From NCBI RefSeq assembly GCF_016432865.1, contig NC_067401.1:868001-932000 (forward strand): a stretch of 64,000 nucleotides of DNA. Reading direction: 5' to 3'. The translations under genes were made by a program, and so were the position numbers. Origin of the DNA: Antechinus flavipes (taxonomy: Eukaryota). A model generated the notes under the pieces. The model had not been told where the DNA came from. It saw nothing but the letters and a program-made list of their open reading frames with translations, and did not search any database. Of this stretch, positions 22,600 through 34,152 are shown piece by piece; positions within the stretch are counted from its first letter, which is position 1, and every line of letters begins with the position of its first letter.

Positions 22600-23100
22600 G
22601 CTCGCCGGGGTTGGGGGGATTTCACTCCCTCACTCGCTCGGGTTTTAGGGCTGCTCTAGCCGCACTCGCTCGCTCCCTTCTCTCCCTCCGCTCCCGTCGC
22701 TCCCGCTCCCGCCGCTGCTCGGGGACGCGCTTCCCCCCGCGAATCCCGCCCTTCCCATTGGCCGAAGGCGACATCACGTGACATCGCGCGCTCCCGATGC
22801 GCGCGCCCGCCCACCGCTGTCCCTCGGGCGCGCGCCTCCTGCTCCGGGGCCGCGAGGCCGTTGGAGGGAGATGCGTCACGGCAGGGCACGTGACCAGGCT
22901 CCGCCCCTCCCAACCTCGCGCGGAAGCAAATGTGCGCGCGCGCGCGGCTCCGAGCCACGCCCTCTCATCTTACGTGATCCCACCGGTAGGAGAGGCTTGA
23001 GCCGCGGGTCTAGCCACGGGGTGCTCAGTACGCAGGCGCGCAGCCGCCCTCAATTCCCTAACAGATCCAAAGCGGCTGAGGTAGCCCCGGCAGCGCTCGA
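22600..23100 (-). promoter_or_regulatory. SUMO3: SUMO3 CpG-rich promoter and 5'UTR
   Basis: Dense CpG; GC box (~22745), CCAAT box as ATTGG (~22757), E-boxes ATCACGTGAC (22773-22782) and CACGTG (22887-22892), ETS GCGGAAG (~22920), (GC)n run. Confidence 0.75.
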
Positions 23101-23769
23101 GCGAGACACCCCTCCCCCACCCCAGCTCACCTCCCGCAGTTGGTGCTGAACAAGCTGCGCCACTCGGGAAAGCGTAGGAGAGCGCGTGCGCGTGTTTGTG
23201 AGCGCGTGTTTGCAGATATTCCTGTGTGGATGTAACGTGTGGGCGAGAGCGTGTGTGCGCCTGCGCCTGCCAGGCGTGCGGTCCGAACCGCCGCTGGCCG
23301 CAGGGGGCTCCCCCGCTGCTGGGGCCGGGACCCGGGCCGGGGGGGAAGGAAGGGGCGCGCCTCCCTCAGCCCCTGCGGGCTCCCCTTCTCCGGCGCATTT
23401 CACAGATGGGGAAACTGAGGCAGTCGGGGGGCGGGGCCCTGCCCAGTCACTAAGCTGAGGAGTGTCCGAGGCCGCTCTTCCCCGCAGCCCTCGGTTCCCC
23501 AGGGACCCCCCCAAAGCGACCCCGACACCCTCCTAGCCTCGTTTTCCCTGAATCTTGGATTGTTTGTACAAAGCCTTTTAAAGTGGCCCGAGTTAGCGTT
23601 TCTCACCTCCCTTCCCATCCCTGGTGTGTCCGCCCGTTGTTAGCCTTTCCCCAAGTCGGACAGGTGACACGGTGCCTGTTCGGACGTTTGTTTTCTAACA
23701 GCCCCCTCCACATCTCGGTCGCGTCCCCATTTTTCCCTTGGGAAATGGTGTAAGATACTGGTCTGGGCA

Positions 23770-24415
23770 GGATTTTTGCCAAATTGCTTTCTGACTCTCC
23801 CAACCCTTTTTAAACTAAATAATGAATTCTTGTCCCCAAAGCTTAAATCTTGATACTTGTGGAACACGGGGTTTCAGTCATGGGCTGCTATGTGTGGTGG
23901 GGCTGCTCCTTCCAGTGCGCCACCTTTCTGGTTCTTAGCTCCTAGTTTCGGTAATCACTGCCTTATGCTTCACCCAAGATCTAGTGCTACTAAACCGTCC
24001 TTTACATGTCTTTCATTCACTCTTTGGTTCTTCCAAATGCATTCCGTTATTTTCCTATCTCAGTAAAATAATTTTTTGGGATTTAATCAGTATGACATTG
24101 AACAAGTTAGTTTGGGTAAAACTGTCAAATCGTGGTATTTTCAGTGATAGGCCTTTTATTCTCTCGCTGAGAAACGGTCAAGGATTTGGATATAAACTTT
24201 CAGAGGAAGAAATTCAGGCTATGTGGGAAAAATGCTCCAAATCACTAATAACTGAAGAAGTGCCCGTTGAAACAGCTTCCACCTCATGGCTGTCCAACTG
24301 GCAAAAGAGTAAATGGCAAATGCTGGAGGGGACCGGGGAACAGGCCCTCGATACCTAGCTGCGAACTGCTCCAGCCCTTCGGGAAAGCAGCTTAGAACGG
24401 CACCCAAATGAGGGG
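23770..24415. mobile_element. LINE-1 ORF2 fragment with an internal inversion (minus ~23770-24150, plus ~24170-24415)
   Basis: Minus part resembles MTILPKL...FIWKN...FDKPKD.SFWDKNSLF (here QDLSFGDKNSLF); plus part resembles FSEEEIQA...KKCSKSL...KCWRG (here LSEEEIQAMWEKCSKSLI). Confidence 0.65.
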
Positions 24416-24419
24416 CCCG

Positions 24420-24530
24420 TGAACATTTGTTTATGAAGCACCTACTGTGTGCCAGGTACTGGGGAGGCAAAGTGTAATGAAAAGCTAGTTCTTGCCTTCC
24501 CTCAACTTCACAATCTAATGGGGACAACAA
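24420..24530. mobile_element. L2 3'-end fragment
   Basis: CATTTGTTTATGAAGCACCTACTGTGTGCCAGGTACT is typical of the L2 terminus. Confidence 0.55.
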
Positions 24531-25779
24531 GGAACAAAAGTATCCACAAACCTCCTCCTGTAAGACAAATTGTGGTTCACCTTTCCTTGGGGAGGGTCGG
24601 GGATAGCACAGGGTGGTTCTGGACTCATGGCTGTACTTTAAATGGTAGCGTGGTGCATGAAGCCGTCTCTCGGTCTCCCTGAATCAGTGAAGGTCGGGAG
24701 TCCTGGAAAGGGCCCCCCCCCCCATCAGGAACGCCAAGTCCTCCCTGAACATCCCGCAGGGAGAAGCAGAAAGTCGTGGACAGAAAGGAGGGCTTAGGGA
24801 GGCTGCCTAAGGCGGGACTTCAGACGAGCAGGAGGCCCGGGGAGTGGAGAAGAGGAGGTAGAGGCCGGGAACCGCGCGGCCCTGGGGCAGCGGGGAGGAG
24901 AGACTGAGGCATCCAGAGGGACTGCTGCTCACCAGCCTGGCGGCTGGACGTCCGGTCCGAGAGGTCTAACGGGCTGGGGAGGCGAGATGGGAGGTCAGCC
25001 GAGGCCTGGGGCAGGGAGGGTGTATCTGCCTGAATAGAGATGATGAAATCCCCGAGAGACCCCCAAGGGAAGCAGTCTGGGGAGAAGAGGTCCTTGGGGA
25101 CCCCGAGGTCAGAGGGCCTGGTCTGGGGGAGAAGCCAGCAAAGGAGGCAGAGGATGAGTGGCCAGAGAGGGAGGAGGAGAACCAGGAGGAGAGAGCAGAG
25201 AAGCCATCCTAGCCCAGAGCGCTGGGAGAAAGGCGCCCTGGGGAGCGGAAGGCGGAGAGCCCGCTTTCTCTGCCTCTCACTGGAGAATGACTTCAGTCAT
25301 CCGGCCCCCGCGTTTCTGGAATCATCAGAAGCCGAGGACCAGGCAGAAGCAGTCGGGCATCCCCGGAACCCCGTCTCAGGAGCAGACTTGGGATGGGCGG
25401 GAACGGGGAGGGATCTGGGTTCTCTAAGCCTGAGCCCCCTTTGCCCTGGACTTTCTCTGCACCTGAGGGAGACCTGGTCCCATTTGTTTCTATTATCCCT
25501 GACTGCTTATTATACACCTTAGAAAAGATTCAGTCCACAAACTGAAGCCGGCCTGCCGGATATAAGCATCCGTAGGGGAGCCCACCTGTGGGGGCTCATG
25601 AGCTATTGTGTACATTCATGGGGGGGGGGTTTCTGGTCATATATGGCAGACACATATATGTACGCACACATACATGTACACATTTCTTTGTGAATCATGC
25701 TGGGATTTTTCTATCCCAACATGATTCATATATATATATATAAAGTGAAATGAGCCTGTGTTGCTTCCCCTTCGTTCTC

Positions 25780-26290
25780 CAGCATTTTGAGTGTGTTCAG
25801 ATCCCTTGGCGGTCCCTCCAAGCCTCTACATCCCCTCTCCAGTGCGCTCCTTTTACCCTCCAGCCTCCTCCCCTTCCAGCCCCTCATTCTTTCTCCATCT
25901 CATTCTCCCAGCTCGCCCCCTCCCCACCCGCTCTGACCTCAGCCACCGAATCCGGTGGTTCTAGGACTGAAAGCGAATGTCCGGCCCACCACCTGGCTAC
26001 TTTGCGCCACTTCGTGCACTCTGGGTTCCCGCTGGACCGTCTCCTCCGCTGCCCGCTTCGGTAGCATCTCCCTCCCCCATGACTTGGCTCAGGCTCTGGG
26101 TCTCCTCTGTCTCAGAAGGCTCTTTTCCTCCCTAAGATCATTCACTTATTTGCTGTCTTATACCTGGCTACGGGTTGGATTCTCTTCTTAAAAGGCAATC
26201 TCTAGGAAAGTGACCGTTCCTCATCTTGGCCGTATAGGCCAGGACCACCCCAGGGCTTGCACAGAGTGAGCGTTTGGCTTGGGTGGTCTT
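25780..26290 (+). mobile_element. Decayed L2 fragment
   Basis: Pyrimidine-rich sequence ending in ATTCACTTATTTG...CCCAGGGCTTGCACAGAG resembles an L2 3' region; recognition only. Confidence 0.35.
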
Positions 26291-26309
26291 GGTCATCCTG
26301 CCACTGGGG

Positions 26310-26535
26310 GCGGCTGCGGGCACCGGGGGGGGCCGCGGGCACTGAGCGTGGTCACGGGCACTAGGGGCAGCCACAGACATTGGGGGCAGCTGAGGGCACC
26401 GGGGGAGGCCGCGGGCACCAGGGGTGGCCGAGGGCACTGAGCACGGTCACAGGCACTAGGGGCAGCCACAGACACTGGGGGAGGCCGCGGGCACCAGGGG
26501 AGGCCAAGGGCACTGAGCGCGGTCACGGGCACTGG
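26310..26535. repeat. GC-rich minisatellite built on a ~19-bp GGGCAC-anchored unit
   Basis: Recurring GGGCAC(C/T)...GGCC and CTGAGC..GGTCAC.GGCACT blocks. Confidence 0.8.
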
Positions 26536-26584
26536 AGGAGGTTAAGTCTGGGTGGGCCTTTGGCAGCCTCTTGTTTTTTACAAG

Positions 26585-26695
26585 GCAGTTGGGGTTCAGT
26601 GACTTGCCCGGGGTCACTCAGCTAGTAAGTGTCTAGCATCTGAGGGCGGATTCGAATCCAGGCCCTCCTGACTGAAGGGCCAGCACTCTCTCGCA
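26585..26695 (+). mobile_element. CORE-SINE (MIR/Mar-type) fragment
   Basis: GTGACTTGCCCGGGGTCACTCAGCTAGTAAGTGTCT...GGATTCGAATCCAGGCCCTCCTGACT. Confidence 0.7.
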
Positions 26696-27459
26696 CTCCC
26701 TTCCTTCCTAACTTACATCCAGGCAGCCCCTTCCCCAGTGGCCTCCTCAGGGGCCTGGGTAGGCAGGACTCACTCCTGTGAGCAGCCCCAGAGGCCCCAT
26801 TTCACGGGGTATGAAGGAGGGCAACATCCCCCGCCTCTGAGTCTCTGGGCCTTCCTGGGCCTCGGTCCCTCTGGTCACTACCCTCCCCCTCAGCACAGGG
26901 GCTTGTTCTATGTCACTTGGCTCCTTGGGGAAGAGGGTCAGGGTCAGCTTGTTTTCCTTTTTCCCAAGATGGAGGCAGTGGGGAGGGGAGGGATGAGGGA
27001 GAGATTGCATCACCGGCGACCGTATCTCCCCCACGTGGTGAGGGGTCAGGGGCCGGGGGGGGGGGGGGATTCTCCTGGGAATTCTCCCTGGGACCCAAGG
27101 ACCCTTGCACCCCCTGCAGGCGCCCTCCGTGACCCTGACTCCGCGGCAATTACGTTTCCAAGGAAGGTGCTGCCAAATAAGCCAGAAGGCTCTAGGACCC
27201 TCAGCTCCCTGACCATCTCACCCTGATCTCCCCCCAAGCCGGCAACAGACTCCCCTTCAGGAAGAGTCTCCAAGGGAGCCGCCATCAGCAGGCCCCAAGG
27301 GAACCAGTCCAACGCCCTCAACAGTTAACAAGAAGAAAGTGCCCCCGCCTCCACAAGGAGGAGCCCCCCGAAGGAGCAGGGAAAGGGAGGGGAGGGGACT
27401 TGGGACCCTGAGGAAACTGAGGTGGGGGAGGCACCTCACACAGAGGGAAACTTCCTTTC

Positions 27460-28612
27460 TCTCTTCTACCTTTCTCCCTCCCCCTCCTTTGTCTCTCTTC
27501 CTCTCTTTCCCTCTCTTTTCTTCTCTCCTTTCTCTTTCCCTTCTCTTTTTCCCACTCCCCCTCCTTTCTCTTCTCTTTCCCTCTTTCCCTCCCTTTTCTC
27601 CTTTTTCCCTCTCTCTTCCTCTCCCCCTCCTCTCTCTTTTTCCCTCTCTCCCCCTCCTCTTTTTCCTTCCCCTCCCTCCTCTCTCTTTCCCTCTCCCCCT
27701 CCTCTCTTTCCCTCTCCCCCTCCTCTCTTTCCCTCTCTCCCCTCCCTCCTCCCTCTTTCCCTCTCCTTCTCTCTTCTTTTTCCCTCTTTCCCTCTTTTCC
27801 CTCCTTCTCTTTCTCTCTCTCCCCCTCCTCTTTTTCCTTCTCCCCCTCCTCTCCTCTCTTTCTCTTCTTTTTCTCCTTTTCCTCTCTCCATCCCCTCCCT
27901 CCTCTCTCTTTCCCTCTCCCCCGCCTCTCTCCTTTGTCTCTCTTCCTCTCTTTCCCTCTCTTTTCTTCTCCTTTCTCTTTCCCTTCTTGACTTCTCTTTT
28001 TCCTTCTCCCCCTCCTCTCCTCTCTTTCTCTTCTTTTTCTCCTTTCCCTCTCTCAATCCCCTCCCTCCTCTCTCTTTCTCTCTCCCCCTCCTTCTCTCTT
28101 TCCCTCTCCCCCTCCTCTTCTCTCTCTCCCTTTTCTCCCTTTCCCTCTCTCCATTCCCTCCCTTCACTCCTCTTTCCCTTTGTCCCTTCATTCTCTTTCC
28201 CTCTCCCCCTCCTCTTCTCTCCCTCCCTTTTCTCCCTTTCCCTCTCTCCATTCCCTCCCTTCACTCCTTTCCCTGTCACTTCATTCTCTTTCCCTCCTCT
28301 CTCTCTCTCTCCTTCTCTCTCTCCTCTTTCCCTCTCACCCTCCCCTCCCTCTTCTCTCTTTCCGTCTCCCCCTCCTCTCTCTTTTTCCCTCTCTCCCCTC
28401 CTCTTTTTCCTTCTCCCCCTCCTCTCCTCTCTCTCTCTCTTCTTTTTCTCCTTCTTTCCCTCTCCTTCCCCTCCCTCCTCTCTCTTTCCCTCTCCGCCTC
28501 CTCTCTTTCCCTCTCTCCCCTCCCTCCTCTCTCTTTCCCTCTCCTCTCTTCTTTTTCCCTCTTTCCCTCTCTTCTCTTTCTCTTTCCCTCTCCCCCTTTC
28601 CCAGTCCAGCCA
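27460..28612. repeat. CT-rich polypyrimidine array (~1.15 kb)
   Basis: Almost only C and T; recurring CTCTCCCCCTCCTCTCTTTCC units. Confidence 0.95.
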
Positions 28613-28639
28613 GGTGGGAAGCACAGATCAAAAAGCAAA

Positions 28640-29850
28640 GTCTTTTCGTTAAAACCGCACTAGGTGGACAACCAAGGGCCGCAAGAATTCCCCGAGATCC
28701 CCACAGCATAAAGCCCCACCCCCGTGGGGGCCGCTTTTCCCAACTCACTTGGAAGGTGGCGAGCATGGGCTGGGCCAGGGATCCCTGGGCTGGGAGGAGT
28801 GGCCGGCCATCTCCCGGTCTCCCTTCTCTCCAGAGCCCGGGACCCTGGGCCCCCCAGCCTCACGGCTCTGGCCATCGGCCCCGCGGAATGAGGGGTTCCT
28901 GCCAGCAGTGTCGGGGAGTCAGAAATTCAGGACAAGGAGCTGGAGCTTTGAGGGTGGGGACGCAAAGCTGGCCGGGACACAAGGCTGGCCAGGGGGCACT
29001 AGCCTGGGGGAGGGGGGGAAGGGGCGCTAGGCTGGCCTGGGCACGGCCGGGGGCGCAAAGCTGGCTGGGGGAGGGGCGCTAGGCTGGCCAGGGCGCAAGG
29101 CTCCTCGGGCTTCGGACAATGGAAACCTCATCGGGGAGGGGGCTCGGGTCAAGTGGAGCAGCTCAGTGGAGCCCCGGGCCCGAGAGGCGGGGCTTGTCCC
29201 CATAGGTGACGGGCAGATATCCCCCCTCCCTTCTTTCCCTTCCCCACCTCCCCCACCCCACCCCCGCCTGAACAATTGCCCTCGGGCTCCCCTTGCTTCC
29301 CCGAGCTGCTCCCGGTCCACTCCTGCCCCGGTGTTCCTGCAAGCCTCCCGGTGGTACAGCCGCCATCCTGCAGCCTGTTGCCATGGTCACGGGCTGGGAG
29401 CCGAGATTAAGGATGGCGCGATATGAGGGGGAGTAAACGCGTGCGTGTTGCCCCCCACCCCCCACCCTCGCCCGCACACACCCCGGCTGCTGCCACCCTG
29501 AGCTGGGCAGCGGCTGGCAGGCGGGGGAGGAGGGGTGAGGACTGGGGGGGGGGGGGGCTGGCCCAACTGGCAGAAGCGGGGGGGTGTCCAGGTGGGCCCT
29601 GCCTCCCCTCAGGGGAGCCCCTTCTTGGCAGGAGACCCGGGCAGGTGCTGCCCGCCGACAGGCGGCGGCTCCAGCAGAGCCTCCCCCAGCACAGCGCGCC
29701 CTGTGAGGGGCCGAGGGGGGCAAGATGGCTCCTTTCCCCTCGGCTGAAAATGGGCGAATCTCAGCAGGAGAGCGCTCTGTGTCGGGGCGCGAGGGGAGCT
29801 CCTGGGATCAGGGTCACCCAGCAGGCGTGAAACTAGACCCCACACGGACC
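28640..29850. promoter_or_regulatory. Orphan CpG-rich island with an RFX X-box
   Basis: Visible CpG enrichment; GTTGCCATGGTCAC at 29377-29390 is one mismatch from the X-box; YY1-like CCGCCATC (~29360) and GGATGGCG (~29411). Confidence 0.45.
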
Positions 29851-30764
29851 CTCTCTCTCCCTCCCCTCCCCTTCTTTTCCGCTCCCCCTCCTCTCTCCCT
29901 TCCTTCTCTCCTTCTTTCTCCCTCCTCTCTCCTCTGTCACTCTTCTTCTCTCTTCTTCTCTCTCTTTCCCTCTCCTCCATCTTTTCCCCTTCCTGTCTGG
30001 TTTTTTTCTTTGGCTCTCCCTTCTTCCTCCCCGCTCTGTTTCTCCTCTCTTTTCTTTCTTTCTTTCTCTTCCTCTATCGGTCCCTCCTCCCTCCCTCTCT
30101 GCCTCTCTCTCTTCCTTTCTCTTTTTTGTCTCTGTCTCTCTTCCTCCCTCGTTTTTGTCTCTGTCCCTCTTTCTCTTCCTCCCTCCTTTTGGTCTCTCTC
30201 TTCCTCCCTCCCTTTTTGTCTGTCTCTGCATGTCTGAATCTCTTCCTCCCTCCTTTTTGTCTGTCTCTTTTCCTCCCTCTTTGTTTCTGTTTCCCTTCCT
30301 CCATCCTTTTTGTCTCTCTCTCTTTCTCTCTCCTTTTTGTTTCTGTCTCCCTTCCTCCTTCCTTTTTGTCTCTGTCATTCTTTCCCTTTTCCCTTTTTGT
30401 CTCTGTCCCTCTTTCTCTTCCTCCCTCCCTTTTTGTCTCTCTCTGTGTCTCTCTCTTCCTCCCTCCTTTTTGTCTCTCTCTTCCTCCTTCCTTTTTGTGT
30501 ATCACTCTCTTCCTCCCTCCCTTTTTGTCTCTGTCTCTGCATGTCTGAATCTCTTCCTCCCTCCTTTTTGTCTCAGTCCCTCTTCCTCCCTCCTTTTTGT
30601 TTTTGTCTCCCTTCCTCCTTCCTTTTTGTCTCTCTCTCTCTTCCTTCCTCCCTTTTTGTCTCTCTCTTCCTTCTTTTTGTCTGTCTCTCTTTCTCCCTCC
30701 TTTTTGTCTCTGTCCCTCTTCCTCCCTCCTTTTTGTTTCTGTCTCCCTTCCTTCTTCCTTTTTG

Positions 30765-30822
<58 letters not shown>

Positions 30823-32530
30823 TTCCTCCCTTTTTGTCTCTCTCTTCCTCCCTTCTTTTTGTCTGTCTCTCTTCCTCCCTCCTTTTTGTCTCTGTCCCTC
30901 TTCCTCCCTCCTTTTTGTTTCGGTCTCCCTTCCTCCTTCCTTTTTGTCTCTCTCTCTTCCTTCCTCCCTTTTTGTCTCTGTCTCTCTCCCTCCTTTTTGT
31001 CTCTTTCTTCCTCCCTCCTTTTTGTCTGTCACTTTCTCTTCCTCACTTTCTTTTTGTCTCTCTGTATGTCTGAATCTCTTCCTCCCTCCTTTTTGTCTAT
31101 CTCTCTTCCTCCCTCCTTTTTGTCTGTGTCCCTCTTCCTCCTTTTTGTTTCTGTCTCCCTTCCTCCTTCCTTTTTGTCTCTCTTTCTCTTCCTTCCTCCC
31201 TTTTTGTCTCTGTCTCTCTCTTCCTCCCTCCTTTGTGTCTTTCTCTTCCTCCCTCCTTTTTGTCTGTCACTCTTTCTCTTCCTCCCTCCTTTTTGTTTCT
31301 GTCTCCCTCCTTCCTTCCTTTTTGTCTCTCTCTTCCTTCCTCCCTTTTTGTCTCTGTGTCTCTCTCTTTCTCCCTCATTTTTATCTCTCTTCCTCCCTCC
31401 TTTTTGTCTGTCACTCTTTCTCTTCCTCACTCTCTGTTTGTCTCTGTCTCTGTATGTCTGAATCTCTTCCTCCCTCCTTTTTGTCTGTCTCTCTTCCTCC
31501 CTCCCTTTTTGTCTCTCTCTTCTTCCTTTTTGTCCGTCTTGCTTCCCACCTCCTTTTTTGTCTCTGTCACTCTTTCTCTTCCTTCCTCCCTTTTTGTCTC
31601 TCTGTGTCTCTCTCTTCCTCCCTCCTTTTTGTCTCTCTCTTCCTCCTTCCTTTTTGTCTGTCACTCTTTCTCTTCCTCCCTCCCTTTTTGTCTCTGTCTC
31701 TGCATGTCTGAATCTCTTCCTTCCTCCTTTTTGTCTGTCTCTCTTCCTGCCTTTTTGTCTCTGTCCCTCTTCCTCCCTCCTTTTTGTTTCTGTCTCCCTC
31801 CTTCCTTTTTGTCTCTCTCTTCCTTCCTCCCTTTTTGTCTGTCTCTCTCTTCCTCCCTCCTTTTTGTGTGTCTCTCTTCCTCCCTCCTTTTTGTCTCAGT
31901 CCCTCTTCCTCCCTCCTTTTTGTTTCTGTCTCCCTTCCTCCTTCCTTTTTGTCTCTCTCTCTCTTCCTTCCTCCCTTTTTGTCTCTCTCTGTGTCTCTCT
32001 CTTCCTCCCTTCTTTTTGTCTGTCTCTTCCTGCCTCCTTTTTGTCTCTGTCCCTCTTCCTCCCTCCTTTTTGTTTCTGTCTCCCTTCCTCCTTCCTTTTT
32101 GTCTCTCTCTCTCTTCCTTCCTCCCTTTTTGTCCGTCTTTTTTCCCCTCCTTTTTGTGTCTCTCTTCCTCCCTCCTTTTTGTCTGTCCCTCTTCCTCCTT
32201 TTTGTTTCTGTCACTCTCCTCTTCCCTTTTTCTCTGCCTCTTTTCCTCCCTCCTTTTTTTTTTGTCTCTGTATGTCTGAATCTCTTCCTCCCTCTTTTTT
32301 GTCTGTCTCTCTTCCTCCTTTTTGTCTGTCACTCTTTCCTTTTTCCCCTTTTGTCTCTGTCCTTCTTCCTTTTTGTCTCTTTCACTCTCTCTTCTTCCCT
32401 CCCCTTTTCTCTGCCTCTCTTTCTCCCTCCTTTTTGTCTGTTTTTCTCTTCCTCCCTCCTTTTTGTCTGTCTCTTTCTCTCCTCCCCCTCCCTGTTCCTG
32501 CACGGTTTCTGTTTTTCCCTTTTTCTTTCG
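29850..32530. repeat. Complex CT/GT minisatellite array (~2.7 kb)
   Basis: Units such as CTTCCTCCCTCCTTTTTGTCTCTGTC; landmark ATGTCTGAATC recurs near 30231, 30541, 31066, 31454, 31705, 32272. Confidence 0.95.
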
Positions 32531-32717
32531 GTTATTCTCTCCTTCTCTAGCTCCATCTCTCCTCTGCTTGAGTGCTGGGCTGGGACATGTCTTCCCCCAA
32601 AGTTCTTCTCAGCAGGTTCTCCATCCACTCAGTCTGTACAATGCTCACACGTTAATGATCCGGACATACTAAAAGCAGACAAGTTCCAAAGGCCGGGGGT
32701 GGGGATTCGGTCCAAGA

Positions 32718-32897
32718 GTGACAGACAAAAAGAAGGGAGAGAGACACAGAGACAAAAAGGGAGGAAGGAAGAGAGAGACAAAAAGGAAGGAGGAAGGGAG
32801 ACAGAAACAAAAAGGAGGGAGGAAGAGGGACAGACAAAAAGAAGGGAGGAAGAGAGAGACAAAAAGGAAGGAGGAAAAGGGACAGAGACAAAAAGGA
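32718..32897. repeat. Inverted copy of the adjacent CT/GT minisatellite
   Basis: Reverse complement nearly identical to ~31910-32020 and other array units. Confidence 0.85.
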
Positions 32898-34146
32898 GAC
32901 CACTGGGAGAACAGTGGTCCAGGGTTTTCAGGCCGGGCGCTGGAAGCAATGAGACTTTACTGCCAGCGTTCTTAGACCTTTCCCAACAAGGAAAAGACGA
33001 AACTTCCTCTGCCTGGAGTGTTCTGATGGCCCTGGGCAAGGAAGGAGTTCAGCATCCGTGTTAGGAGAAAAAAGGAGCTGTCTCCTAGGTCCAACTGAGG
33101 CCCTGGGCCACAACCATTCTCTCCTAATCCTCTCCCTTAAATTCAAAGGTCCTCTAGACTCCAGGAGGAGGAGTGAAGGCTTGATCTAAGGGGAGATCGT
33201 GTCCCAGGGAGGTCTCAAGAGACGAAGGAACGAGGAAACCTTTCTTGTGCTCTGAGTTTAAAGTCCTGTGCTAAGCAGGGATTCACATTTTACGGGTACG
33301 GACGCCCCCAGAGCTGAGCTTCTGGAGGCCCTTCACACACGTCCACAGTAACACCACAGTGTTCAGGGAACGGGACCGTGGCTGGTGTCCGGGACTTGAG
33401 GGAGGAGGACTTTCTTCTCCTGCCTTCTGCAGCTGCTGGGGGCTGGGATGGAAACAGGGTTGGGGTCCTGTTTGGGTCTGAGGGAGACAGTACGAGAGGC
33501 TGGCCCACATAGGGGAGAGCTGGGGAAAGGGTGACTCTCCCCAGGAGGGGGGGGGGCCTGCAGAGGAATTCCACTTTTTGTAAAATCCCTGTCAGTGAGC
33601 AGCCAGGAAAAGGGAGGGGGGAGCAACATCCCGAGTTGTGGCTGGCACGGGGACCCTCAAAAGGTTTGCCGAGCCCTGGCCCATCTCACCTCCCGCGTCC
33701 TCTGACAACTCTGGGTGGGGGGCCCCCGTTCTGTACCTGAGCAGATGGAGCCCAGGGAGGGGCGGGCAAGTCTCATCACAAAATATCCATTCCGCGAGGC
33801 AGAGGCAAGATGGGGGGGGGGGGGAGGCCGGGGTTCCCCTGAGCTTCTCCAAAGCCCCCTCCACACCTTAAATAACATCTCAGAATGAATTCTGGACTGG
33901 CAGACCCAAGCAGAAGGCAGGATGAAACGCTATTCCAGCGCAGACCAGCAGAGGGGGCAGGCGGGAGAGGTCCATCTCACTGGGCCCAGAATGGAGGGCA
34001 GTTCGGGGTGGGCACAGCCAGCAGCCCGAGCGCTCAGCCCCCGGACAGTAAGACCAGCTGGGCAACTTCTGAAGCCACGGGGCCCGGGACCAGCCACGGG
34101 GCCTAGGACACACGACCCAGCACGGGTTCGGTTACAATCAACCTTT

Positions 34147-34152
34147 TTTATT
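34147..34152 (-). terminator. PTTG1IP: PTTG1IP polyadenylation signal AATAAA
   Basis: First AATAAA I found downstream of the stop (about 1.3 kb), followed by GT-rich sequence (GTGCTGGGTCGTGTGTCC). Confidence 0.7.

Noticed and set aside
21498-22625. 375-codon ORF starting with SUMO3 exon 1
   Set aside because: Reads through the exon 1 donor into the pyrimidine tract; low-complexity peptide
26640-26675. tRNA gene (GGATTCGAATCC B-box-like)
   Set aside because: Part of a CORE-SINE; no cloverleaf. The same applies to the similar motif at ~56610
27257-32975. Many 200-518-codon ORFs rich in S/L/P/F or R/E/K/G
   Set aside because: Translations of CT/GA low-complexity arrays, which lack stop codons by composition
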